Part shown: piece by piece, positions 53,087 through 62,905 of the stretch
Layout: each line of letters starts with the position of its first letter
Numbering within the stretch: position 1 is the first letter of the stretch
Source: an uncultured Acidobacteriota bacterium
Lineage (GTDB): Bacteria; Acidobacteriota; Thermoanaerobaculia; Gp7-AA8
Assembly (NCBI GenBank): GCA_963741955.1
Contig: CAVUKB010000007.1
Coordinates: 224,001-288,000 of the forward strand
Reading direction: 5' to 3'
Length of the DNA: 64,000 nt
Notes under the pieces: generated by a model
Seen by the model: the letters and a program-made list of their open reading frames with translations, nothing else
Databases searched by the model: none
Told to the model about the DNA's origin: nothing
Made by a program: the position numbers and the translations under genes

Positions 53087-54123
53087 CGCAAGATCTCGAT
53101 TGCATACAGGGCCTGATGCTTCGCGCCCGAGTAATCGGCTTTCGGTTCGTTCACCAGGATGTACTGCCGCCCGTCGGTCGCGACGACCGCACGCGCGTGG
53201 GCCGTCAGGGTTCGCGGCTCGATCGCCACGGCGAGGTGCGAGGCGATACTTTTCCCGCCGGGCGAATAGAGATCGAGAGTGAACCCGTTGCCACGAGAGG
53301 CCGGCTCGCGAAAGAGGATCGCGATCGACTCGCCCGGGCCGCGCAGGAGCCCCTGTGGCCACCGATATGTCGAGCGAAGCCGATAGAACGCATCCCGGTC
53401 CGCCATGGCCGACGCCCGGAGCGCCGGCGTCGCGAGAGGAGGAGCGTCGTCGCCGCTCGTGACTGTGATCGCATGCGGTGCGCTGCCGCGAGTGGGGATG
53501 ACATGGAGAATCGACGATCCTTCCCAAAGCGCGTACAGCGTCTTCCCGTCGGACGAAAGGAGGATGTAGCCCAGGGGATAGAGCGAGCGCGCGAACGGGT
53601 CGGCGAACGCAGAGTCGGTGACCAGTTCCTTCGGCTCGTTCGAGGGTGCCTCGAGATCGACGCGTGTGACGAGCCACTCAGCGTGGATCTTTCCGGTCGC
53701 GTCCCCCGCGGAGCCCATCCCGAATGCGGTGTTCCGGTCCACGGTCGCGGCAACATAGGGACTGAACCGGTTCGCGGCGAACCTGGCCCGAACGCTTCCA
53801 TTGGCATCGAGTACGAACGTGCCGTGACGTGCGGTCGTGATGACGGCCTGGCCGTCCCCTCCGCCGATATTCGTGATCTGTGCCGAAGCTGGCACGGCAA
53901 CGTCGATCTTCGCCTCTTCACCGCCGAAGTCGACGACTCTGATCGTGTGGGTGATCCAGTCGAGGCAGGCGAGGGTTCCCGAAGGTCCGGCAACGACGCG
54001 CGCGACCGGGAAGGGGATCTCCCTCATCCTCTGTATGCGAACTCCCGGTGCAACGGCCGCGATGCCGACCGCGAGCACCGCGATGGCGACAAACGAAGCT
54101 TTCATCGGTGCGGTCATCGGCAC
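53083..54123 (-). CDS. Secreted, probably beta-propeller, hypothetical protein
   Basis: Signal-like MKASFVAIAVLAVG. Blade-like units GPSGTLACLD, VLDANG, SSDGKTLY and LDLYSPGG. Start may be 54105. Confidence 0.65.
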   Translation of the reverse strand: MPMTAPMKASFVAIAVLAVGIAAVAPGVRIQRMREIPFPVARVVAGPSGTLACLDWITHTIRVVDFGGEEAKIDVAVPASAQITNIGGGDGQAVITTARHGTFVLDANGSVRARFAANRFSPYVAATVDRNTAFGMGSAGDATGKIHAEWLVTRVDLEAPSNEPKELVTDSAFADPFARSLYPLGYILLSSDGKTLYALWEGSSILHVIPTRGSAPHAITVTSGDDAPPLATPALRASAMADRDAFYRLRSTYRWPQGLLRGPGESIAILFREPASRGNGFTLDLYSPGGKSIASHLAVAIEPRTLTAHARAVVATDGRQYILVNEPKADYSGAKHQALYAIEILR

Positions 54124-54127
54124 CGGC

Positions 54128-54331
54128 CTATGGGATTCGATTCAGCGGGTCCTCTGGGCTCACGTTACAGACGCTGCAATCGATGAAGACGTTGATCGGA
54201 GCGCAGTTGTAAGCGTCCCAGGGGACTGGACAGATCACGCCGTCGACACATTCCGCGTTGGCTGCATGGGGAACGGCGAACAACATCGAGCCGGCCAGGA
54301 GAAGAACGGACAATAAGACCTTCAATCTCAT
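54128..54331 (-). CDS. Small secreted Cys-rich peptide (67 aa)
   Basis: AGAGGAG RBS; Sec signal ending ANA; 41-aa mature part with 5 Cys; stop codon 4 nt before the next gene. Confidence 0.75.
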   Translation of the reverse strand: MRLKVLLSVLLLAGSMLFAVPHAANAECVDGVICPVPWDAYNCAPINVFIDCSVCNVSPEDPLNRIP

Positions 54332-54845
54332 TGAAACTCTCCTCTATATTCAACAGGGTTTCACGGCTCTACTGCAATGAACATGAGGCGTGCCCTCGTC
54401 TCCGTCAAGCCTGTAGCAGGTTATACCAAGGGATTGACGTTGCGGCGCTAATGGAGTTGTGGCGACAGACGAGTGTCGTCGGGCGAAACGAACGCGTCGA
54501 GATCGCATCTCGGCTTCGCGCCCTGTCCCGGCCGCCGCTGAACGCGTGGGAACAATGGCGTCGAGGTCACGAGAAAGGAGTCCGTTCGACGAACATCAAA
54601 CATCGATCGATATCGTGTGCTTCACGGTCGCGGACTCCTCGCCGGGACCTGTCCACACGAACGCACCTTTCTCGAACACCCTCCTCCAACCGTGCAGCAT
54701 CTGTTGCGCGAACTCGACCACAAACGAAAGCATTTCGTTCAGCTCTTCGAGGGCTGCGCTATTCGTCATGTAAGTCATAAGGACAACACGGACCTGCGCT
54801 CACCGGCGCGAACCTGTATGCGCTGATGTATAGCGCCGCTCTCCC

Positions 54846-57800
54846 TCACTCACCGGCCACGAATACCGGATCGCCCGAGTCGTTGTCGACTACGGAGCCG
54901 TAGACGAAGAGTCCCCCCTTCGAATCCGTGTGAGCGTGGACGCTGAACTGACCGAGTGAGGAGACGTCCGCTGCAGGAAAGAGTGCGGCTGCGCTGCTCT
55001 GCAGCTGCGACTTCGGAGGGACGGTGACGGTGGTCGAAGCGACGGTCGTTCCTTGTGGCGTGATCAGCCCGAGCGTGACCTGCGAGGGTTGGTCGTTGGT
55101 GTTCACCACACCGACGTTCGTGCGGAACCCGCTGTCCGACCGCGTTCCGGCGAGCCACGCATCGCTGCCGAGATGAACGAGCTCGAAACCAGGAATGGCC
55201 TGGCCGTACGTGCCGCCGCCCGCACGTGTGGTGAAGGTGCGGGTGGTGAGCACCGGGCCGCCGCCGGAGCCGCTCCAGGTGAGGAGCAGCGCGCCGTTTC
55301 CGCTCGAGACGCCGAACCAGTCGAGGAGATCGTCGATCCGTACGGTGCTGCCGGCAGGAACCGGAAGACTCTTCGAGAGCGCGTAGCGGTTGTCGGTTCC
55401 TGCAGGGAGAAAGCGGAGCGAGGCGGAGAGCGGCGAGGCGCCGGGATTCCAGATCGTCAGCTCGCTCCGCCAGAACGTGCCGGCGGCGCCCGGGGCCTTT
55501 CCTGCGGCGGGGATGAGGATCTCGTTCGCCGTGAAGCGTGGCGTCGCCGCGATGTACACCGGGTCCTGAGTGAGATTGTCCACCGACGACGCGTATGCGG
55601 TGATCCCCTCCCCTCCGTCGATCCGCAGCGATGCGACGTCGAGCGACATTCCGGCGACGGAGGGGAAGAGAGCCGTCAACGCCGTCTGCTGGAACGAGTG
55701 TGGCGAGAGGGCGATCGTCGACGACGCCAGCGCGGCTCCGTTCGCATCGAACAGGGTCAGGTCTGCGGTTCGATCGAGTCCCGAGTCGTTCACCACCCCC
55801 ACGTTGGTCCGGAACCCGGCGGACGAACGGAGGCCGGTCAGATAGAGCGGAGTCTCGCCGTTCGTGACGGCGGCGGATCCGACGCCCTGTCCGTATGAGC
55901 CGTCCGGACCGGAGGTGAAGGTCCGGCTGGAAAGGCGGACGTCGCGGCTGGATAGAGAGGAGCCGTCGAGGGCGATGCTTCCTGCTCCGGTCGAAAGCCC
56001 GAAGATCTCGCCGAGCGCGTCATTCCAACTCTCGGAGGCCAGGGGCGGAAGGTGGACTTCGACCGACGCCGCGTCACCCGATGCCGGATGATACGTGAGG
56101 GTCAGGTCTGCGGCTACGCTTCCGGCGTTGAGGAGAGTGAGTGCGGTGCGCCAGTGGGTATCACTCCCTCCATCCACTCGTGCGGAAACGGGAAGGATCG
56201 CGTGGAACGGAGGCTCGTCCGGCGCGACCGAGACGCTGCGGACGCGGGTACCGGACGACGAGCCGTTCGAGCTGGTGAGCGTGACGGCGTAGTAGCCCGC
56301 CGCGACGTAGACGTTAGTCGGATTCCTCTCGGTGGAGGTGTTCCCGTCGCCGAAGTTCCAGTTCCACGATGTGGGCGACCCGAAGGAGCGGTCGGTGAAC
56401 GTGACCTTCTTCCCCGCGACCGGGTAGTCGCTGACGTCGAAGTCCGCGGTGATCAGCGGCCGGATTCCGGAACCCTGGACCACCTCGACGGTCCGGCTGA
56501 ACTGCGAGGAATCCGTTCCGTCGGAGACTGACAGCGTCACGGTGTAGATCCCTCCCGCGGCATATCGCTTGGAGGGATTCTGCCGGGTGGAAGTGCTCCC
56601 GTCTCCGAAGTCCCAGCTCCAGCTGGTGACGGCGCCGGTGGAGCGGTCGGAAAAGAGGATCAGGTCGTCCGTAGTGGGAGACGCGGGCGAGATCTCGAAA
56701 TCCGCGGAGAGAGCGGAGCTCCCTGGAGCACCCGCAGTGACGACCACGCTGCGGGTGGCGGTCGAAGGCCGCGATCCGTTGGTCACGGTGAGCGCGACGC
56801 CGTAGGTTCCTGCCGAGGCGTAGACGTGGGTCGGGCTCACGTCGCTGGACGTCATTCCGTCGCCGAAGGTCCAGACCCGGCCGGTGATCGGTCCGGTGGA
56901 GCGGTCGGTGAAGCGGAAGTTGGTGACGCCGGCCGTACCGATCAGAGGGTCGACCGTGAAATCTGCGGTGACCGTGTCGGGAGGGGTAGTGACCTGGGCG
57001 GTATTCGATGGTGCCGATTCGCCCGCCGCATTGCGGGCGGTCAGGTAGAATCTGTAGGTCTGACCCCCGGAGGTCGAGACGATCACCGTGGTCACATTCG
57101 CCGCGACGTCACCGATGCGGCTGAACGATCCCGAGACTCCGGAAGTGTAGACGGTCTGGGCGGTCTCGTCGGAGGCGTTGTCTTTCCAGGAGAGGTTCAC
57201 CCGGTCCGGCCCCGTCGCAGTGGCGGTGAGGTTCGACGGAGCGGCCGGCACGGTGCCCACCGGAGTCGATCCCGAGGCGGGATAGAGCCACTTCGCCGCA
57301 TTCTGGTCGTCGGGGCGGAGCGAGGCTCCGAGTCCGGTCACGTTGGCGTACATTAGTGCGGTGGAGTCGGACGAGTGCCCGAATCCCAGCGTGTGCCCGA
57401 GCTCGTGGGCGATGATCTCGGCGAGAACGGCGCTGCTGATCCCGGCCGAGGGAGACACGCCATCCTGAATGACGAGATTTCCTTCCAGGATCTCGGTGGT
57501 GGGATGGGGACCGGCGGTATGTGAGGCGTCCGCAGTGAAGGGAGCGTTCCAGGTCGGACCGGGACGGGCGTTGTTGAAGCCGCCGCGGCCGACCACCCCG
57601 CCGGTCGATGGATCCCAGCTGCCGTCGATGTCGTTGGTCAGGTCGTTGAAGACGACCTCGTTGACTCCGTTCAAACGAGTGAGTCCGGCGGGAGAGCCAC
57701 TCCCGGCTCCGGCGTACGAATAGTGGATCGAAGCCTGCGAGTCTCCGCTCCAGACCGCGATCGCGGTTCTGAGCTCGCTCACTCCGCCGTTCGTGTAGCC

Positions 57801-58499
57801 CGGCTGTGTTCCGTAGCTCCTCCAGCTCGCACTTCCGCCGGAATCGAACGACGACCAGCGATAAATCGTCGGCTCCGAGATGAGAGTGAACTCCGCGCTC
57901 AATCCATCTGCGAAGCGGGGATGGTCGGTCCGATAGAGCGGAAGCGCGGGCTCGCCGCCGACACGCTCGCGGATGTAGCTCTCGAACAAATCTGCGAGCC
58001 GCTGGCGGTCGTCCGGAAGCGCGGGCTCGAAGCCGGCGCCGAGCAGATACGTCTTCGGATGGGTCGCGCTTCGGAACCAGATCCGGTGACCGTCTTCGGT
58101 GAACCGCTCGGTGAATTTTCCGATGAAGAGATCCCGGGTCTGAAATGTCCCGTCGGGCCGGGGCCAGAGAAAGACGAGAGCGCGCTCGCCGATCCGGTAG
58201 ACCGGCGATCCGAAGACGATGTTGATGCGGTCGCCGACGATTCCTCCGGTCTCGGAGATCGTGATCTGCGGCAGATCGATCGAACCCTTGAGAACGTCCT
58301 CGACCGCGAGGAGCGTTTCGGTTCGGATTGCGCCGTCGCGGACGACCGCTTCGGAGTGGAGGACGCGACCGATCAGGATCACCGGGGATTTGCGAATCAG
58401 CTGGTCGTCGGTAGGAACGACGATGGTGGTCGCGGAAAGAGCTGCCGCAAAGAGTGCGACGAGCAACCCGAGAGCAGCGGGACCGCGTATGTTTTTCAT
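54846..58499 (-). CDS. Secreted matrixin-like Zn metalloprotease with FN3, three PKD domains and a duplicated C-terminal domain
   Basis: HELGHTLGFGH plus ALMY Met-turn; APSNLTA (FN3); W.FGDG three times (PKD); two FRTNVGVVN-containing repeats. Confidence 0.88.
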   Translation of the reverse strand: MKNIRGPAALGLLVALFAAALSATTIVVPTDDQLIRKSPVILIGRVLHSEAVVRDGAIRTETLLAVEDVLKGSIDLPQITISETGGIVGDRINIVFGSPVYRIGERALVFLWPRPDGTFQTRDLFIGKFTERFTEDGHRIWFRSATHPKTYLLGAGFEPALPDDRQRLADLFESYIRERVGGEPALPLYRTDHPRFADGLSAEFTLISEPTIYRWSSFDSGGSASWRSYGTQPGYTNGGVSELRTAIAVWSGDSQASIHYSYAGAGSGSPAGLTRLNGVNEVVFNDLTNDIDGSWDPSTGGVVGRGGFNNARPGPTWNAPFTADASHTAGPHPTTEILEGNLVIQDGVSPSAGISSAVLAEIIAHELGHTLGFGHSSDSTALMYANVTGLGASLRPDDQNAAKWLYPASGSTPVGTVPAAPSNLTATATGPDRVNLSWKDNASDETAQTVYTSGVSGSFSRIGDVAANVTTVIVSTSGGQTYRFYLTARNAAGESAPSNTAQVTTPPDTVTADFTVDPLIGTAGVTNFRFTDRSTGPITGRVWTFGDGMTSSDVSPTHVYASAGTYGVALTVTNGSRPSTATRSVVVTAGAPGSSALSADFEISPASPTTDDLILFSDRSTGAVTSWSWDFGDGSTSTRQNPSKRYAAGGIYTVTLSVSDGTDSSQFSRTVEVVQGSGIRPLITADFDVSDYPVAGKKVTFTDRSFGSPTSWNWNFGDGNTSTERNPTNVYVAAGYYAVTLTSSNGSSSGTRVRSVSVAPDEPPFHAILPVSARVDGGSDTHWRTALTLLNAGSVAADLTLTYHPASGDAASVEVHLPPLASESWNDALGEIFGLSTGAGSIALDGSSLSSRDVRLSSRTFTSGPDGSYGQGVGSAAVTNGETPLYLTGLRSSAGFRTNVGVVNDSGLDRTADLTLFDANGAALASSTIALSPHSFQQTALTALFPSVAGMSLDVASLRIDGGEGITAYASSVDNLTQDPVYIAATPRFTANEILIPAAGKAPGAAGTFWRSELTIWNPGASPLSASLRFLPAGTDNRYALSKSLPVPAGSTVRIDDLLDWFGVSSGNGALLLTWSGSGGGPVLTTRTFTTRAGGGTYGQAIPGFELVHLGSDAWLAGTRSDSGFRTNVGVVNTNDQPSQVTLGLITPQGTTVASTTVTVPPKSQLQSSAAALFPAADVSSLGQFSVHAHTDSKGGLFVYGSVVDNDSGDPVFVAGE

Positions 58500-58661
58500 C
58501 CGAGCCGATTCCTGTCGCTCGCAACAGCTTCACTCGAAAGCGATATTTCTCCTCGCCGGAGTCCGATCCGATCGGGAGTACGAGAGCGAGCCGCGGCGTC
58601 TCCTCATTCTCGATTCTGCATTCGTCGCCTCCCCCTGCTACACTCCCGCCGGACCGGAACC

Positions 58662-59456
58662 ATGCCGAATTACCGACTCCTGATCGAGTATGAAGGAACC
58701 CGCTACTCGGGGTGGCAGAGCCAGCAAAACACCTCGAAGACCGTGCAGGGCGCGCTGGGGCGTGCCGCGGAACAGATCTTCGGCAACGGGCGGCTGATCG
58801 GCGCGGGACGCACCGACGCGGGAGTTCATGCGGCCGCGCAGGTGGCGAATCTGACCGTCGCCAAGTCCATGCCGCCGCTCGAGATCGCGCGGAAGATGAA
58901 CGACCTTCTGCCGCACGACATCACCATCCTGTCGGTCGATCCCGCCCCCTCCGGCTTCCACGCCCGCCATGACGCGACCGGGCGAGTCTATCTCTATCAG
59001 ATCTCTCGCCGGCGGACCGCGTTCGCCAAGCCGTTCGTCTGGTGGATCAAGGATCGTCTCGACACCGATGCCATGCTGGAAGCCGCGGACGTCCTCCGCG
59101 GCTTCCATGATTTCGCGCCGTTCACCGACAAACGCCTGGTGAAGGAATCGACCGCCGTCGCGGTCGAGGACCTCCAGATCGCCGAGTCGGGAGATCTGGT
59201 GCTTTTCCGCATCCGCGCTTCGCATTTCCTCTGGAAGATGGTTCGGAAGATCGTCTTCACCGTCGCGGAGGCCGGAAGGGGGAACATTCCTCCCGCCGCG
59301 GTCGGCGAGATTCTCGACGGAAAGCGCGAGCCGTTCACCCACTCGGCTCCTTCGTCGGGACTCTTCCTCGAAGCAGTGCTCTATCCGGGAGACACGTTCG
59401 ACCGGCCGCTCGAGCCGCTCGTGCCCGTCGCCACGTTCCGGCGAAGGAGCGGCTGA
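58662..59456 (+). CDS. truA: tRNA pseudouridine(38-40) synthase
   Basis: EYEGTRYSGWQ, AGRTDAGVHA, FHAR and FLWKMVR motifs. Confidence 0.93.
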   Translation: MPNYRLLIEYEGTRYSGWQSQQNTSKTVQGALGRAAEQIFGNGRLIGAGRTDAGVHAAAQVANLTVAKSMPPLEIARKMNDLLPHDITILSVDPAPSGFHARHDATGRVYLYQISRRRTAFAKPFVWWIKDRLDTDAMLEAADVLRGFHDFAPFTDKRLVKESTAVAVEDLQIAESGDLVLFRIRASHFLWKMVRKIVFTVAEAGRGNIPPAAVGEILDGKREPFTHSAPSSGLFLEAVLYPGDTFDRPLEPLVPVATFRRRSG

Positions 59457-60491
59457 GTGGGTCGCGGGGAGAAAGAGCTGATCGGGAAGATCGGGCAGTA
59501 CTTCCCGGCACTTCGCGAAGGTCTCGGGATCGGCGACGACGCAGCGGTCCTTCCGGTGCGGGGCAATCTGGTCGTCACCACCGACATGCTGGTCGAAGAC
59601 GTCGACTTCACTCGTGCCATACCACTCCGTTTCGTCGCAGCAAAGAGTCTCGCCGCGAACCTCTCCGACGTCGCGGCGATGGGCGCCACTCCGACTTCGT
59701 TCACCCTGACCCTCGGCATTCCTCCGGATCTCGTCGGAAGGATGGACGGATTTCTCGAGGGGCTCGCGGCGAGTGCCAGTCGTGCCGGCGTGGAACTGAT
59801 CGGAGGGGACCTTTCGGCATCGGAAAAGCTGATCGTTTCAATCACCGCGTTCGGCCGGATGGAGGAAGGGACGGAGCCTCTTCTGCGACGTGCTGCGCGA
59901 CCGGGTGAGCGGATCTTCGTCAGCCGGCCGCTCGGCGCAAGCACTGCAGGCCTGACCCTTCTGCGCCAGGGATGGACGATCGACGAGGAAGGGAAGGTCG
60001 AGCCTTCCGAACCCGCGCGCGTGCGGATCGGATACGCGCAGCGCGAGCTCGCGGAGTCGGTCATTCGAAGGCACGTGCAGCCGGATGCGGAGATCGCGCT
60101 CGGCGTCGCGCTGGCGAAGCTGGGCTCCGTCGGAGCATGCATCGACATCTCCGATGGACTCTCGACCGATCTGCATCACCTCTGCGACGCATCGTCGGCC
60201 GGCGCGATCATCGAATGGGAGAAGCTTCCCAAGTTCCCGGACCTCCTCGAATACGGCAGGTTTCTCGGAATCGACGTTCATGCGGCGGTGCTCCACGGGG
60301 GAGAGGAGCTCGCGCTTCTGTTCACTTCGAGCGCCCGGGAATCGGAGCTGAGTGCAAGACTGCGGCGTCCGGTCTATGCGATCGGAAGAATCACGAAGGA
60401 ACGGGATGTGGTGCTGCGGATCGGCGAGCGTACGGAAATGCTGCAGGCGAGGGGATTCGACCACTTCGCCGGCCAGGAGTTTGCGCGGTAG
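59457..60491 (+). CDS. thiL: Thiamine-phosphate kinase
   Basis: GIGDDAA, NLSDVAAMG, IGGD, IDISDGL and GFDHF motifs. Confidence 0.93.
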   Translation: MGRGEKELIGKIGQYFPALREGLGIGDDAAVLPVRGNLVVTTDMLVEDVDFTRAIPLRFVAAKSLAANLSDVAAMGATPTSFTLTLGIPPDLVGRMDGFLEGLAASASRAGVELIGGDLSASEKLIVSITAFGRMEEGTEPLLRRAARPGERIFVSRPLGASTAGLTLLRQGWTIDEEGKVEPSEPARVRIGYAQRELAESVIRRHVQPDAEIALGVALAKLGSVGACIDISDGLSTDLHHLCDASSAGAIIEWEKLPKFPDLLEYGRFLGIDVHAAVLHGGEELALLFTSSARESELSARLRRPVYAIGRITKERDVVLRIGERTEMLQARGFDHFAGQEFAR

Positions 60492-60639
60492 AAACGTCCG
60501 TACCGAGAAAGCGGGGCAGCGAGGCCAGATTCGTTCGGATTTGAAGTGCGTAGCGGTGGCTACTCGCCGAAAATCAGGACGGATTTGGACCGCTGATCCG
60601 ATTTCGCAGTAGGACAGTTTCTACCGCGCAGACTCCTGG
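60473..60639 (-). mobile_element. 167-bp MITE-like element, family B, copy 2 (inverted; overlaps the thiL 3' end)
   Basis: Reverse-complement homologue of 34433-34599 with the same TIRs. Confidence 0.8.
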
Positions 60640-60663
60640 GTCGAGTGAGAGATCGAAGCGCGT

Positions 60664-61146
60664 TCAGGGGACGCGTTGGGGCCGCCGCATCACGGTCGAT
60701 GCAGCGGCACAGACGAACGCGGTGATTCCGAGCGTGGTGCGGAGAGAATGTGCACGACTCCAGTTCCGGGTCAGGCTCTGGGTGTCTTCAGTCGCGTAGT
60801 CGAGGGGCCGGTTCTCGTCGATGCGTCGTGCAATCGGAATGGTGACGAGAGTCGTCGTTGCGAGCACCCCGGCGAGTCCGAGCGTGGAGACGACGTCGAG
60901 CATGCGCCGGAGAGGCTTCTCACCGCGCGCGCCGACGGCGAGCGCCATGGAGCTGGCGAGAGCCACCGGACCGATCGCATTCAGGTAACGGTTCGGAGCG
61001 CTGTCTTCACGTCCATCAGTTCGATTCGATCTCTCGAGCTCCCATCCGGGGATCAGAGCAGCTTCGCCGAATCCGAGCGAGCCTGCCAGGAGTCCGGACG
61101 TCGAAAGATTCAGAAACCTCAAGAGCGACTCTGTACTGCGATTCAT
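60664..61146 (-). CDS. DUF1772/anthrone oxygenase-like membrane protein
   Basis: GLLAG N-terminus, T..VTIPI and W.RAH.LRT patterns. Confidence 0.65.
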   Translation of the reverse strand: MNRSTESLLRFLNLSTSGLLAGSLGFGEAALIPGWELERSNRTDGREDSAPNRYLNAIGPVALASSMALAVGARGEKPLRRMLDVVSTLGLAGVLATTTLVTIPIARRIDENRPLDYATEDTQSLTRNWSRAHSLRTTLGITAFVCAAASTVMRRPQRVP

Positions 61147-61147
61147 T

Positions 61148-61492
61148 TCATTCCCCTCCCAGGCCTGCGGCGACTCCAATCGCCAGGAGAAAGAGTACAC
61201 CGGCGGAAATCAATGCAAAAGCCCATTCCCGTCGCCGGGCGAATGTCGCCATCTGAACGATCACCCGGGCGAAAGGGGTGAACATCAGCGCGAGGACTCC
61301 GAGGTGGATGACCATCACCGGATCGAGTGTTGCCAGGCGCGGCAGAACGGCATGCAGCTCCAACGACTGAAGCTGCGGGGTCGGTCCGCCTCGAACCAGT
61401 TGCAGAATCAGACCGGAGAGCAGCAGCACGCCACTGACGATGACGCCCGTCAGGAGAGTGATGGAAGTGGCTGCGTTTCGTATCGTGCTCAC
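61148..61492 (-). CDS. DUF1634 family membrane protein
   Basis: LGVLALMFTPFARV motif; GTGA overlap with the TauE gene. Confidence 0.78.
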   Translation of the reverse strand: MSTIRNAATSITLLTGVIVSGVLLLSGLILQLVRGGPTPQLQSLELHAVLPRLATLDPVMVIHLGVLALMFTPFARVIVQMATFARRREWAFALISAGVLFLLAIGVAAGLGGE

Positions 61493-62346
61493 GTCAGACT
61501 GATTCCTCGAGCCTTCAGCAGCATCTCCACGGCGATGACGAGCATCACCGCGGCGAAAATCCGTCGAAGAGTCTTTCCTTTGGAACGGCCTGCCAGAACC
61601 GAGCCGGTTCGCGATCCGGCGAAGACGCCGATCACCGTCGCTGCGCTGACGACCGGGAGAATCTGCCCCCGGCTGTAGTAGATCCACGTGCTCGCCACGG
61701 CCGTCACTCCGATGATGAAGTTCGACGTTGCAGCAGCGGCCTTCATCGGAACGTTGCAGAAAAGGGTGAGGGACGGCACCTTGATCAGCCCTCCGCCGAT
61801 CCCGAGCAGACCGCTCAGAATCCCGGCGAGGGACGCGACCCCCGCGGCCACCGGGATCCGTTGGACGTCGTACCTGACGTGATGACCCTCGGCGGCATCG
61901 AAGTAGTCGCCGCCGAGCTGCGCTCCGATGGTGTGCCGATCGCGGTCGGGATCGGGCTCGCTGACCACCGTCCCGGCTTCGCTGCCACCTCGCGCCATCG
62001 GGATCGCCATGAGAAGCATGGCGACGGCGAAAATGGTCATCAGCGTGGTTCCTCGAAGTACTCCGGCGAGAAGGCTCCCGCCGAGTGCTCCGGCTACGGT
62101 GAAGAGCTCGAGGCTCATGCCGAGGCGGACGTTCGCGACTCCGAGGCGGACGTATTTGGACGCCGCGGCGCTGGACGTGGCAATCACTCCCAGCAGCGAG
62201 GTCGCGATCGCAAAGTGAATGGGGATCTTCAGCAGAAGAACCAGGATCGGCACGATCAGCACTCCGCCTCCCAGTCCGAGCAGAGAGCCGAAAAGACCGG
62301 CGGCGAAACCGGAGCCGAGCAGAATCAGCGCATATCCAGGCGTCAT
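61489..62346 (-). CDS. Sulfite exporter TauE/SafE family protein
   Basis: GSLLGLGGG..VP and SGLLGIGGG..KVP duplicated motifs; AAATSNF. Confidence 0.9.
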   Translation of the reverse strand: MTPGYALILLGSGFAAGLFGSLLGLGGGVLIVPILVLLLKIPIHFAIATSLLGVIATSSAAASKYVRLGVANVRLGMSLELFTVAGALGGSLLAGVLRGTTLMTIFAVAMLLMAIPMARGGSEAGTVVSEPDPDRDRHTIGAQLGGDYFDAAEGHHVRYDVQRIPVAAGVASLAGILSGLLGIGGGLIKVPSLTLFCNVPMKAAAATSNFIIGVTAVASTWIYYSRGQILPVVSAATVIGVFAGSRTGSVLAGRSKGKTLRRIFAAVMLVIAVEMLLKARGISLT

Positions 62347-62592
62347 CGAGAATCGCTGCGCCCCGGATCCGATCCGGTCACCGGTCACGCCTGCGGTGAC
62401 GCGGGAGCGGATCGCAGTCGTGGCCCGGAAGTGCCGGTTGCTGTCGGGAGTCAGGCCGGCGTCGGCGCAGGGGGAGGATACCATCCCGCGAGGGGGAAGA
62501 ATGAAAATCCGCATTCGTTTCGCGGAGCGTCGGTGATGCGGTGGACGAGACTGCGCTTGTGGCACAGGGATCGTCTCGATGCGCTCTGAACG

Positions 62593-62905
62593 CGATCGTC
62601 GCGGCGGATCGGAGGATCCGCTCCCCTATCGCGGCAATCGCTCTCGCCGCTCGCCGCTCGCCGCTCGTCCCCGAGCCTCGAGCCCCGAGCCTCGAACCTC
62701 GTGCCTCAAGCCTCGAGCCTCGAACCTCGAGCCTCGAGCCTCGAGCCTCGAGCCTCGAACCTCGTGCCTCGAACCTCGTGCCTCGAGCCTCGAGCCTCGA
62801 GCCTCGAACCTCGTGCCTCGAACCTCGTGCCTCGAGCCTCGAACCTCGTGCCTCGAGCCTCGCGTCCCCGAGGGGTGCGGATCCTCCGATCCGCCGCGAC
62901 GATCG
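62593..62905. repeat. 35-bp inverted REP-like pair enclosing a 27-unit heptamer tract
   Basis: 62593-62627 and 62871-62905 are 34/35 inverted matches. The tract G(AG/AA/TG)CCTC x27 spans 62673-62861. Confidence 0.9.

Noticed and set aside
54128-54331. Ranthipeptide or lanthipeptide precursor interpretation of the Cys-rich peptide
   Set aside because: It has a Sec signal rather than a RiPP leader and no adjacent maturase. The only radical SAM enzymes (MqnE, ThiC) are distant housekeeping genes.
61215-61232. Possible sigma54 site before the DUF1772 gene
   Set aside because: GG-GC spacing is 11 rather than 10, and it lies inside the DUF1634 coding sequence.
62673-62861. Possible CRISPR array
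   Set aside because: Contiguous 7-bp units with no unique spacers, and no cas genes in the window.
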